NCBI GenBank assembly: GCA_963764715.1
Contig: CAVXTP010000021.1
Span: 160,001-224,000, forward strand
Source: an uncultured Acidobacteriota bacterium
GTDB taxonomy: Bacteria; Acidobacteriota; Thermoanaerobaculia; UBA5066; Gp7-AA6
Direction: 5' to 3'
Length of the DNA: 64,000 nucleotides
Shown here piece after piece: positions 39,918-48,766 of this stretch. Positions within the stretch are counted from its first letter, which is position 1. Each line of letters begins with the position of its first letter. The position numbers and the translations under genes are program-made. Below the pieces are notes generated by a model. That model was not told the DNA's origin, did no database searches, and saw only the letters and a program-made list of their open reading frames with translations.

Positions 39918-42578
39918 ATGAGTCTTTCCGCCGGGGACGACGGCTGGGTCCGTACGAGATCGTCGCGCCGATCGGGGCGGGCGGGATGGGCGAGGTGTAC
40001 CGGGCGAAGGACACGCGTCTGGACCGGCAGGTGGCGGTGAAGGTGCTGTCGTCGCACCTGTCGGCGAGCGAGGAGGTGCGTCAGCGGTTCGAGCGGGAGG
40101 CGAAGACGATCTCGCAGTTCTCGCACCCGCACATCTGCTCGCTGTACGACGTGGGTCGGGAGGGCGAGACCGACTACCTGGTGATGGAGCTCCTCGAGGG
40201 CGAGAGCCTCGCCGACCGGCTGGGCAAGGGCGCGCTTCCGACGGAGCAGGTCCTGCGGTACGGGATCGAGATCGCGGACGCGCTCGACAAGGCGCACCGG
40301 CAGGGGATCGTGCACCGGGACCTGAAGCCCGGCAACATCATGCTGACGAAGACGGGCGTGAAGCTGCTCGACTTCGGGCTGGCCAAGCCGCTGACGGCGG
40401 CGGGCGCGCGGCCGGTGTCGGGGGCGTCGGTTCTGGCGACGGAAGCGCAGGTCAGCCAGCCTCTGACGGAGCGGGGAACCGTGCTCGGGACGTTCCAGTA
40501 CATGGCGCCCGAGCAGCTCGAAGGAGGGGAGGCCGACGGGCGTTCGGACATTTTCGCCTTCGGCGCGGTGCTTGTACGAGATGGCGACGGGGAAGAAGGC
40601 GTTCACGGGTAAGAGCCAGGCGTCGCTGATCGGGTCGATCCTGCGGGACGAACCGCCGTCGATCTCGGAGGCGGCGCCGATGATCCCGCCGGCGCTGAAC
40701 CGCGTGGTGAAGACGTGCCTGGCGAAGGACCCGGAAGACCGGTTCCAGACGGCGCACGACGCGAAGCTCCAACTCGAGTGGATCGCGGAAGGCGGCTCGC
40801 AGGTGGGCCTGCCCGCACCCGTCGTCGCGCGGCGCAAGAATCGCGAGAAGCTCGCGTGGGCCGTGGCGGCGGTGGCGCTCCTCGCCGCGGGGCTCGCGAC
40901 GTTCGGCTACCTGCGCCGGGCGCCGAAGCCGCCGCGGATCACGCGCTTCGAAATCGGGATTCCGCCGAACGTGATTGCGATCGACACGCCGCGGATCTCG
41001 CCCGACGGGCAGATCCTGGCCTTCAATGCCACGGATGCCGAAGGCAAGACGCGGATCTGGATCCGCCCCTTGAGCGCCCTCGCGGCCCAGCCGCTCGCGG
41101 GGACGGAGGGAACCACTCGCCCCTTCTGGTCGCCCGACAGCCGTTTCCTCGGCTTCTTCGCCAACGGCAAGCTCATGAAGGTCGACGTGGGGGGCGGTCC
41201 GCCGACCAAGATCTGCGATGCGCCGACCGGATCCGACGGAACCTGGAGCCCCGAAGGAGTGATCCTGTACGACGGCACGGGCGCCGACCCGATCCACCGC
41301 GTCCCGGCCGCGGGAGGCGCGCCAACGGTGGCCGTCAAGGCCGACGCGGCGCGCAAGGAGACGCAGATCGGCTGGCCCGAGTTTCTTCCCGACGGCCGCC
41401 ACTTCATGTACATGTGCATCAACGCAAAGGTGGACGACAGCGCCTATCGCATCGGCTCGCTCGATTCGAGCGAAACGAAGGCGTTTGCGCCGGCCCAGAC
41501 GATGCTCACCTACGCGCCGCCGGGTTACCTGCTCTTCGTGCGCGACCGGACCCTCGTTGCCCAGCGCTTCGATGCCAAGGCGATCAAGACGCTGAGCGAG
41601 CCCGTGCCGCTCGCGGAGCAGATCGGGACCGACGCCGTCGGCCTCGCACGCTTCTCCGTCTCGCGCGACGGCATCCTCGCCTATCGAACCGGGGAATCGG
41701 GGAACCGGCTGGTCTGGGTCGACCGGTCCGGCAAGGAGCTCGAAACGCTCGGTGATCCGGGCGAGTACGGCGAGCCGGACCTGTCGCCCACCGGCGACCG
41801 TCTCGCCTTCGACCTGGCTGACCTCCGAGCCAACAAGACCGACCTCTGGATCCGCGACCTCGGCCGCGGGGTCAACTCGCGCTTCACGTTCTCCCCGGGC
41901 AACGCCTTCTCGCCGCTGTTTTCTCCCCGCGGCGACACGATCGTCTTTGCGTCGGATCGGGACGGCGCGCCCGGACTCTACGAGAAGGCGGCCAACGGGC
42001 AGGGTGACGAAAAGCTGATCTCCAAGATGGAAGAGCTCGTCATCCCCGTCAGCTTCTCGCCCGACGGATCCATCCTCGCCTACCAGGTCCGCAACCCGAA
42101 GACGGGCTGGGACATCGTGATGCTGCCGATGACCGGCGACCGGAAGCCGGTGACTTTCGCCGGTGCGTCGTTCAACGAGAACGCGCCTCGCTTTTCTCCC
42201 GACGGGCGCTTCCTCGCGTACGTGTCGAACGAATCGGGTCGCGCCGAGATCTACGCGCAGAGCTATCCCGGCCCGGGCGGCAAGTGGCAGATTTCGAATA
42301 CCGGCGGCTCGGATCCCCACTGGCGCGCCGACGGCAAGGAGCTCTTCTACCGGAGCCCCGACCAGAAGCTGATGGCCGTCGAGATCCGGGGCGGGGCCTC
42401 GCTCGAGGCCGGCATTCCGCGGCCGCTCTTCGTGGGTCGCGTCCACATCGGAAACGCCCGCAACAAGGTCCTGCCGGCGGGCGACGGCCAGCGCTTCCTC
42501 TTCGTCGCGCCGCTCGGGCGCGACGCCATGAACCCGACGACGGTCGTGCTGAACTGGTTCGCCGGACTGGGGCGTTAG
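39918..42578 (+). pseudogene. Frameshifted Ser/Thr receptor kinase with beta-propeller (array gene 2); real pseudogene or sequencing indels
   Basis: ATG AGT CTT TCC GCC GGG g ACG a CGG CTG GGT CCG TAC (+2 nt near 39936/39940) and GTG CtTG TAC (+1 near 40572) relative to paralogs; split into ORFs 39986-40612 and 40572-42578. Confidence 0.8.
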
Positions 42579-42582
42579 TTCG

Positions 42583-45237
42583 ATGACGCTCGCCGCTGGA
42601 GCGAAGCTCGGGCCTTACGAGGTCCTCGCGCCGATCGGGGCGGGGGGGATGGGGGAGGTCTACAAGGCGAAGGACACGCGGCTGGGGCGGGACGTCGCGG
42701 TCAAGGTCCTTCCCGCGCACATGTCGGCCAACGCCGAGCTGCGGCAGCGGCTGGAGCGCGAGGCGAAGACGATCTCGTCGCTCTCGCATCCCCACATCTG
42801 CATGCTCCACGACGTCGGGCACCAGGACGGCACGGACTACCTCGTCATGGAGTTCCTGGAGGGGGAAACGCTGGCGGACCGGCTGGCGAAGGGCGCTCTT
42901 CCGATGGATCAGGCCTTGAAGTTCGGAGTCGAGATCGCCGGCGCGCTCGACGCGGCGCACCGGAGCGGGATCATTCACCGGGACCTGAAGCCCGGCAACA
43001 TCATGCTGACGAAGTCGGGCGTGAAGCTGCTCGACTTCGGGCTCGCGAAGCTCGCGGCTCCCGACAAGAGCGCCGCTTCCCAGGCGACGAGCCTGCCGAC
43101 GGCCATGCAGGAGAGCCAGCCCCTCACGTCGCGGGGGACGATCCTCGGGACGTTCCAGTACATGGCGCCGGAGCAGCTCGAAGGCAGGGAAGCGGACGCG
43201 CGGAGCGACATCTTCGCCTTCGGCTGCGTGCTCTACGAGATGCTCTCGGGGCAGAAGGCCTTCACGGGCAAGAGCCAGGCCTCGCTGATCGGGTCGATCA
43301 TGAACACCGACCCGCCGCCGATCTCGTCGATCCAGCCGATGATCCCGCCGGCGCTGGACCGGGTCGTCAAGGGCTGCCTCGCGAAGGAGCCGGAGCACCG
43401 CTGGTCGACGGCGCACGACGTGATGCTGCAGCTGCAGTGGGTCGCCGAGGGCGGGTCGGCCGCCGGGCTTCCGGCGCCCGTCGCCGCGCGCCGCAAGAGT
43501 CGCGAGAGGCTGGCCTGGGGCGTCGCGGCCGCGCTGCTGCTCGCCGCCGCGGCGCTCGCCTACGGCTTCGTCCGCCGGGCGCCGAAGCCGCCCCGCGTGG
43601 TGCGGTTCGAAGTCGCGATTCCTCCCGACATCACGGCCATCGATGCTCCCAAGATCTCGCCGGACGGCAAGTTGCTGGCGTTCAACGCCACCGACAAGGA
43701 CGGGAAGACTCGGATCTGGCTCCGGCCGCTCAATGCGCTGACGGCGCAGCCGCTGGCGGGGACCGAGGGGACACGGCGGCCGTTCTGGTCCCCCGACAGC
43801 CGGTTTCTCGCCTTCGTCGCCGACGGGAAGCTGAAGAAAGTGGACGTCACCGGCGGCCCGCCCACCAAGATCTGCGATGCGCCGACCGGAGTCGACGGGA
43901 CCTGGAGCCCCGAAGGCGTCATCCTCTTCGACGGAACGGGTCCGGATCCGATCCATCGCGTCAGCGCCGCCGGCGGAACGGCGGTCGTGGCGGTCAAGCC
44001 GGATCCGGCCCGCAAGGATTTCCAGATCGGCTGGCCGGAGTTCATGCCCGACGGGCGCCACTTCATTTACCTCGCCATCAATCAGAAGCCCGAGGACAGC
44101 GGGTATCGCATCGCTTCGATCGACTCGTCCGAGACGAAGCCGTTCGCTCCGGCCCAGACGATGCTCGCGTATGCGCCCCAGGGATATCTCCTCTTCGTCC
44201 GGGACAAGACGCTCGTGGCCCAGCCCTTCGATGCGAAGGCGATGAAGACCACCGGGGAGCCCGTGCCTCTGGCCGAACAGATCGGAACCGACGCGGTGGG
44301 GCTCGCGCGCTTCTCGGTGTCGCGCGACGGCGTGCTCGCCTACCGCACCGGGGAATCCGGGAACCGGATGATCTGGCTCGATCGATCGGGCAAGGAGATC
44401 GATACGGTTGTCTCGAAAGGAGACAGCCAGGACCCGCAGTTCTCGCCCGCCGGCGACCAGCTCGCCTACGACCTCCTCGACGAACGGAGCGCAAAGTCCG
44501 ACATCTGGATTCGCGACCTGGCGAGAGGCGTGAGCTCCCGTTTCACGTTCGACTCCGTGAACGCCTACACCCCCGTGTGGACCCCCCGCGGAGACGCGAT
44601 CGTCTACGCATCGGAGCGCGAGGGCGCGCCGGGGTTGTACGAGAAGTCGATGCTCGGCCAGGGCGAGGAGAAACTTCTGCTCAAGGCCGAAGCGCTGACG
44701 GTTCCTGCCGACATCGCCCCCGATGGCTCGGCGCTGCTCTACAACGTCCGCGATCCGAAAACGAGCTGGAACATCATGGTCCTGCCGAGGACCGGCGAGG
44801 CCAAACCCGTCGCATTCCGAGCGACGCCGTTCAACGAGGGCAACGCCAACTTCTCACCGGACGGAAAGTTCATCTCGTACATCTCGAACGAGTCGGGCCG
44901 CAACGAGGTCTATGTGCAGAGCTATCCCGGCCCCGGGCGAACCTGGCAGGTCTCGACCTCCGGCGGCACCGACGCGCACTGGCGCAAGGACGGCAAGGAG
45001 CTCTACTACCGCAGCCTCGACCAGAAGCTGATGGCGGTGGACGTGCAGACGGGCGAGACGTTCCAGGCCGGGATTCCCAGGGCGCTGTTCCAGGCGCAGA
45101 TCGCCACGGGAGCCGCGAGCACGAAGTACCTTCCGGACCGGTCGGGGCAGAAGTTCCTGTTCGTCGCGCCGATGGGACGCGATGCCCTCACGCCCACGAC
45201 GGTCGTGCTGAACTGGTTTGCGGCGCTCGGTAAGTAA
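42583..45237 (+). CDS. Ser/Thr receptor kinase with PD40 beta-propeller (array gene 3)
   Basis: Intact kinase, TM helix, propeller; 4 nt from the previous stop. Confidence 0.93.
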   Translation: MTLAAGAKLGPYEVLAPIGAGGMGEVYKAKDTRLGRDVAVKVLPAHMSANAELRQRLEREAKTISSLSHPHICMLHDVGHQDGTDYLVMEFLEGETLADRLAKGALPMDQALKFGVEIAGALDAAHRSGIIHRDLKPGNIMLTKSGVKLLDFGLAKLAAPDKSAASQATSLPTAMQESQPLTSRGTILGTFQYMAPEQLEGREADARSDIFAFGCVLYEMLSGQKAFTGKSQASLIGSIMNTDPPPISSIQPMIPPALDRVVKGCLAKEPEHRWSTAHDVMLQLQWVAEGGSAAGLPAPVAARRKSRERLAWGVAAALLLAAAALAYGFVRRAPKPPRVVRFEVAIPPDITAIDAPKISPDGKLLAFNATDKDGKTRIWLRPLNALTAQPLAGTEGTRRPFWSPDSRFLAFVADGKLKKVDVTGGPPTKICDAPTGVDGTWSPEGVILFDGTGPDPIHRVSAAGGTAVVAVKPDPARKDFQIGWPEFMPDGRHFIYLAINQKPEDSGYRIASIDSSETKPFAPAQTMLAYAPQGYLLFVRDKTLVAQPFDAKAMKTTGEPVPLAEQIGTDAVGLARFSVSRDGVLAYRTGESGNRMIWLDRSGKEIDTVVSKGDSQDPQFSPAGDQLAYDLLDERSAKSDIWIRDLARGVSSRFTFDSVNAYTPVWTPRGDAIVYASEREGAPGLYEKSMLGQGEEKLLLKAEALTVPADIAPDGSALLYNVRDPKTSWNIMVLPRTGEAKPVAFRATPFNEGNANFSPDGKFISYISNESGRNEVYVQSYPGPGRTWQVSTSGGTDAHWRKDGKELYYRSLDQKLMAVDVQTGETFQAGIPRALFQAQIATGAASTKYLPDRSGQKFLFVAPMGRDALTPTTVVLNWFAALGK

Positions 45238-45258
45238 GACGGTTTTGAAGGAGTCTCG

Positions 45259-47916
45259 ATGACGCTCGCGGCCGGACAGCAGTTGGGCCCTTACGAAATC
45301 CTCGCGCCGGTCGGCGCGGGCGGAATGGGGGAGGTTTATCGGGCGAAAGACACGCGGCTGGGCCGCGACGTCGCGGTCAAGGTCCTGCCCGCGCACATGT
45401 CCTCCTCCGCCGAGCTGAGACAGCGGCTCGACCGCGAGGCGAAGACGATCTCGTCGCTCTCCCATGCCCACATCTGCGCGCTCTACGACGTCGGCCACCA
45501 GGACGGGACGGACTACCTCGTCATGGAGTTCCTGGAGGGCGAGACGCTGGCGGACCGGCTGGCGAGGGGCGCGCTGCCGATGGACCAGGCCCTGAAGATC
45601 GGCATCGAGATCGCGGGCGCCCTCGACGCGGCGCATCGGAGCGGCATCGTCCACCGCGACCTGAAGCCCGGCAACGTCATGCTGACCAAGTCGGGCGTGA
45701 AGCTGCTCGACTTCGGCCTCGCGAAGCTCGCGGCCCCGGACAAGAGGGCGGTCTCGCAGGCGACGAGCCTGCCGACGGCGTTGCAGGAGAGCCAGCCGCT
45801 GACGACCCGGGGCACGATCCTCGGGACGTTCCAGTACATGGCTCCCGAGCAGCTCGAAGGCGGGGAGGCGGACGCCCGGAGCGACATCTTCGCGTTCGGC
45901 TGCGTGCTGTACGAGATGCTCACGGGCCAGAAGGCCTTCACCGGCAAGAGCCAGGCGAGCCTGATCTCCTCGATCATGGGCTCCGACCCGCCGCCGATCT
46001 CCTCGATCCAGCCGATGATCCCGGCGTCGCTCGATCGGATCGTCAAGGGTTGCATCGCGAAGGAGCCCGAGCACCGCTGGTCGACGGCGCACGACGTGAT
46101 GCTGCAGCTCCAGTGGATCGCGGAGGGCGGGTCGATGGCGGGTGTGCCGGCCCCCGTCGTCGCACGGCGCAAGAACCGCGAGAAGCTCTCGTGGGCCGTC
46201 GCCGCCGTCGCCCTGATCGCCGCCGCGGCGTTCGCCTGGGGCTTCATGCGCCGGGCGCCGAAGCCGCCCGAGCTCATGCGGTTCGAGATCGCGCCGCCGC
46301 CCGATGTCACCACGATCGACGTTCCTCGGATTTCTCCCGACGGAAAGATCCTGGCGTTCGACGCCACGGACACCGAAGGGAAAGCCCGGATCTGGATCCG
46401 CCCCCTCAACGCGCTCACGGCGCAGCCGCTTCCGGGAACCGACGGCGGGGTCCGCCCCTTCTGGTCGCCCGACAGCCGCTTCGTCGGATTCGTAGCGGAG
46501 GGCGTCCTGAAGAAGATCGACGTGACCGGCGGGCCGCCCACCAAGATCTGCGACGCGCCCGGAGCCTCCGACGGAAGCTGGAGCCCGGAGGGAGTGATCC
46601 TCTTCGACGGCACGGGCGCCGACCCGATCTACCGGGTCGCGGCCGCCGGGGGCACGAAGGCCGTCGCCGTCAAGCCCGACGAGGCGAAGAAGGAAACGTC
46701 GGTCGGCTGGCCGGAGTTTCTTCCCGACGGCAAGCAGTACCTCTACATGCTGACCGGCGAGAAGGCCGAAGACAGCGCCTACTGGGTCGCGTCGATCGAC
46801 TCGGCCGAGAAAAAGAAGATTGCGCCGGCGCAGAGCCTCGTGACGTACGCGCCCCCCGGCTACCTTCTCTTCGTCCGGGACCGGACGCTCGTCGCGCAGC
46901 CCTTCGACGCGAAGGCTCTCAGGACGACGGGCGAGCCGGTCCCGCTGGCCGAAAAGATCGGCACGGACAACGTCGGGCTCGCCCGGTTCTCGGTCTCGCG
47001 CAACGGCGTGCTCGCCTACCGCACGGGGGAGTCGGGGGGCCGACTGCTCTGGCGGGACCGTTCCGGGCGCGAGCTCGAGTCGCTGGGCGATCCGGGGGCC
47101 TACGGGAACCCGGCGCTGTCTCCCGCCAGCGACCGGATCGCGTTCAATCTCGCCGACCCCCGCAGCGCCAAGGCCGACATCTGGGTCCGGGATCTGGCGC
47201 GCGGGGTCAACTCGCGCTTCAGCCTCGGGCCCGGCAATAACTTCCGGCCCCTGTGGTCCGCGGACGGCGGGTCGATCGTGTTCACGTCCGACCGGGCCGG
47301 AACGCCGGACCTCTACGAGAAGCCCGTGCGGGGCCAGGGGGCGGAGAAGCTGCTGCTCCACAGCGACGAGCCGAAGTTCGCCTCGAGCTTCAGCCCCGAT
47401 GGGCGATACATGCTCTATTCCAGCCAGAATTCGAAATCCCTCGTCGACATCTGGGCCCTGCCGACCTTCGGCGAGCGCAAGCCGATCCCGATCGCCGTCG
47501 GACCGTTCGTCGAGTTCAACGGGGTCTTCTCCCCGGACGGCCGCTTCGTCGCCTACCAGTCCGGCGAGTCGGGCCGGGCGGAAATCTACGTGCAGACGTT
47601 TCCCGACGGAGCGGGCCGCTGGCAGGTTTCCAACGGCGGCGGCACCGACGCGAGCTGGCGCGGCGACGGCAAGGAGCTCTACTACCGCTCGCCCGATCAG
47701 AAGCTCATGGCGGTCGACATCCGCACGACCGGCACGGAGCTCGAAGCCGGCATCCCGAAGCCGCTCTTTCCGATCGCCATCCGCACGGGCAACGCGCGGA
47801 ACAAGTACATTCCCTCGCGCGACGGCCAGCGCTTCCTGATCGACGCCCCCCTCGGCCGCGAGTCGATGACGCCGACGACCATCGTGCTGAACTGGTCGGC
47901 GGGCCTCGGGAAGTGA
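45259..47916 (+). CDS. Ser/Thr receptor kinase with PD40 beta-propeller (array gene 4)
   Basis: Intact kinase, TM helix, propeller; AAGGAG RBS. Confidence 0.93.
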   Translation: MTLAAGQQLGPYEILAPVGAGGMGEVYRAKDTRLGRDVAVKVLPAHMSSSAELRQRLDREAKTISSLSHAHICALYDVGHQDGTDYLVMEFLEGETLADRLARGALPMDQALKIGIEIAGALDAAHRSGIVHRDLKPGNVMLTKSGVKLLDFGLAKLAAPDKRAVSQATSLPTALQESQPLTTRGTILGTFQYMAPEQLEGGEADARSDIFAFGCVLYEMLTGQKAFTGKSQASLISSIMGSDPPPISSIQPMIPASLDRIVKGCIAKEPEHRWSTAHDVMLQLQWIAEGGSMAGVPAPVVARRKNREKLSWAVAAVALIAAAAFAWGFMRRAPKPPELMRFEIAPPPDVTTIDVPRISPDGKILAFDATDTEGKARIWIRPLNALTAQPLPGTDGGVRPFWSPDSRFVGFVAEGVLKKIDVTGGPPTKICDAPGASDGSWSPEGVILFDGTGADPIYRVAAAGGTKAVAVKPDEAKKETSVGWPEFLPDGKQYLYMLTGEKAEDSAYWVASIDSAEKKKIAPAQSLVTYAPPGYLLFVRDRTLVAQPFDAKALRTTGEPVPLAEKIGTDNVGLARFSVSRNGVLAYRTGESGGRLLWRDRSGRELESLGDPGAYGNPALSPASDRIAFNLADPRSAKADIWVRDLARGVNSRFSLGPGNNFRPLWSADGGSIVFTSDRAGTPDLYEKPVRGQGAEKLLLHSDEPKFASSFSPDGRYMLYSSQNSKSLVDIWALPTFGERKPIPIAVGPFVEFNGVFSPDGRFVAYQSGESGRAEIYVQTFPDGAGRWQVSNGGGTDASWRGDGKELYYRSPDQKLMAVDIRTTGTELEAGIPKPLFPIAIRTGNARNKYIPSRDGQRFLIDAPLGRESMTPTTIVLNWSAGLGK

Positions 47917-47935
47917 CCCGCGTCCCGACCACGTT

Positions 47936-47969
47936 TGATGGTAATCATGATGGTAGAATCAATGCCATG
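47936..47969 (+). promoter_or_regulatory. vapBC promoter/operator: extended -10 (TGgTAGAAT), direct repeat TGATGGTA x2, imperfect palindrome ATGGTA-N7-TGCCAT
   Basis: AT-rich patch; TAGAAT at 47954-47959, 7 nt before ATG 47967; repeats at 47936-47943 and 47948-47955. Confidence 0.6.
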
Positions 47970-48239
47970 AGAACAACCATCGACCGTGCCGGAAGGCTCG
48001 TGCTGCCCAAGCCGATCCGCGACGCCGCCGGCCTCGTCCCGGGCGCGGAGCTCGAAATTCGCCTCGCCGACGGACGGATCGAGATCGAGCCCGCGCCGCT
48101 CGAGGTCCGGCTCGTCAAGCGCGGCTCGCTGACGGTCGCCGTTGCGCGCAAGCGCGTCCCGCCGCTGACCGCGGAGGCCGTGCGAAAGACGCTCGACGGC
48201 CTCCGCCGCCGGGGCGCCGACATGACCCGAGTCGAGTGA
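47967..48239 (+). CDS. vapB: AbrB/MazE/SpoVT-family antitoxin (VapB)
   Basis: MRTTIDRAGRLVLPKPIR AbrB fold; recalled resemblance to M. tuberculosis VapB40; GTGA overlap with the PIN toxin. Confidence 0.88.
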   Translation: MRTTIDRAGRLVLPKPIRDAAGLVPGAELEIRLADGRIEIEPAPLEVRLVKRGSLTVAVARKRVPPLTAEAVRKTLDGLRRRGADMTRVE

Positions 48240-48676
48240 ACTCGTACCTCCTCGACACGAGCTGCCTGGTCGCCGCGGTTTGTGAATGGCATCGCCATCA
48301 CGAGGCGACGCGCAAGGAGATCGAACGCCGTGCTGCAGCCGGTGAGACGCCGACGCTGGCGGCCCACGCGCTCGCCGAAGCCTATTCGGTCCTGACGCGC
48401 CTGCCCGATCCCCACCGCCTGCGTCCGGACGACGCGCTCGCCGTGTTGGAGGCCAACTGGAGCGAGACCCGGCTCGTCGCGCTCGGACCTGCGGACTACC
48501 GGTCGACGCTTCGCCGCTGCCGCGACGCCGGGATCGGCGGCGGTGCCGTCTACGACGCCCTGATCGCGTCGTGCGCCCGGAAGGCGCGCGTGGCGACTCT
48601 CGTCACCTGGGATGTCGGCGCCTTCGAGCGCTTTCTGGACGATGAGCCGGCCGTGCGGACACCGGAGGCCCGATGA
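48236..48676 (+). CDS. vapC: PIN-domain toxin (VapC)
   Basis: LLDTS, E in AEAYSVLTRLP, YDALI, TWD acidic PIN residues. Confidence 0.9.
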   Translation: MNSYLLDTSCLVAAVCEWHRHHEATRKEIERRAAAGETPTLAAHALAEAYSVLTRLPDPHRLRPDDALAVLEANWSETRLVALGPADYRSTLRRCRDAGIGGGAVYDALIASCARKARVATLVTWDVGAFERFLDDEPAVRTPEAR

Positions 48677-48766
48677 CGCTGACTCGGACTCGAGGCGGCC
48701 CGCTGCGCGGGCCGACGGACGAGAGAGGGAAAGTCGCTTTGTGAAACATCTCCCGAGAAATCTCAC

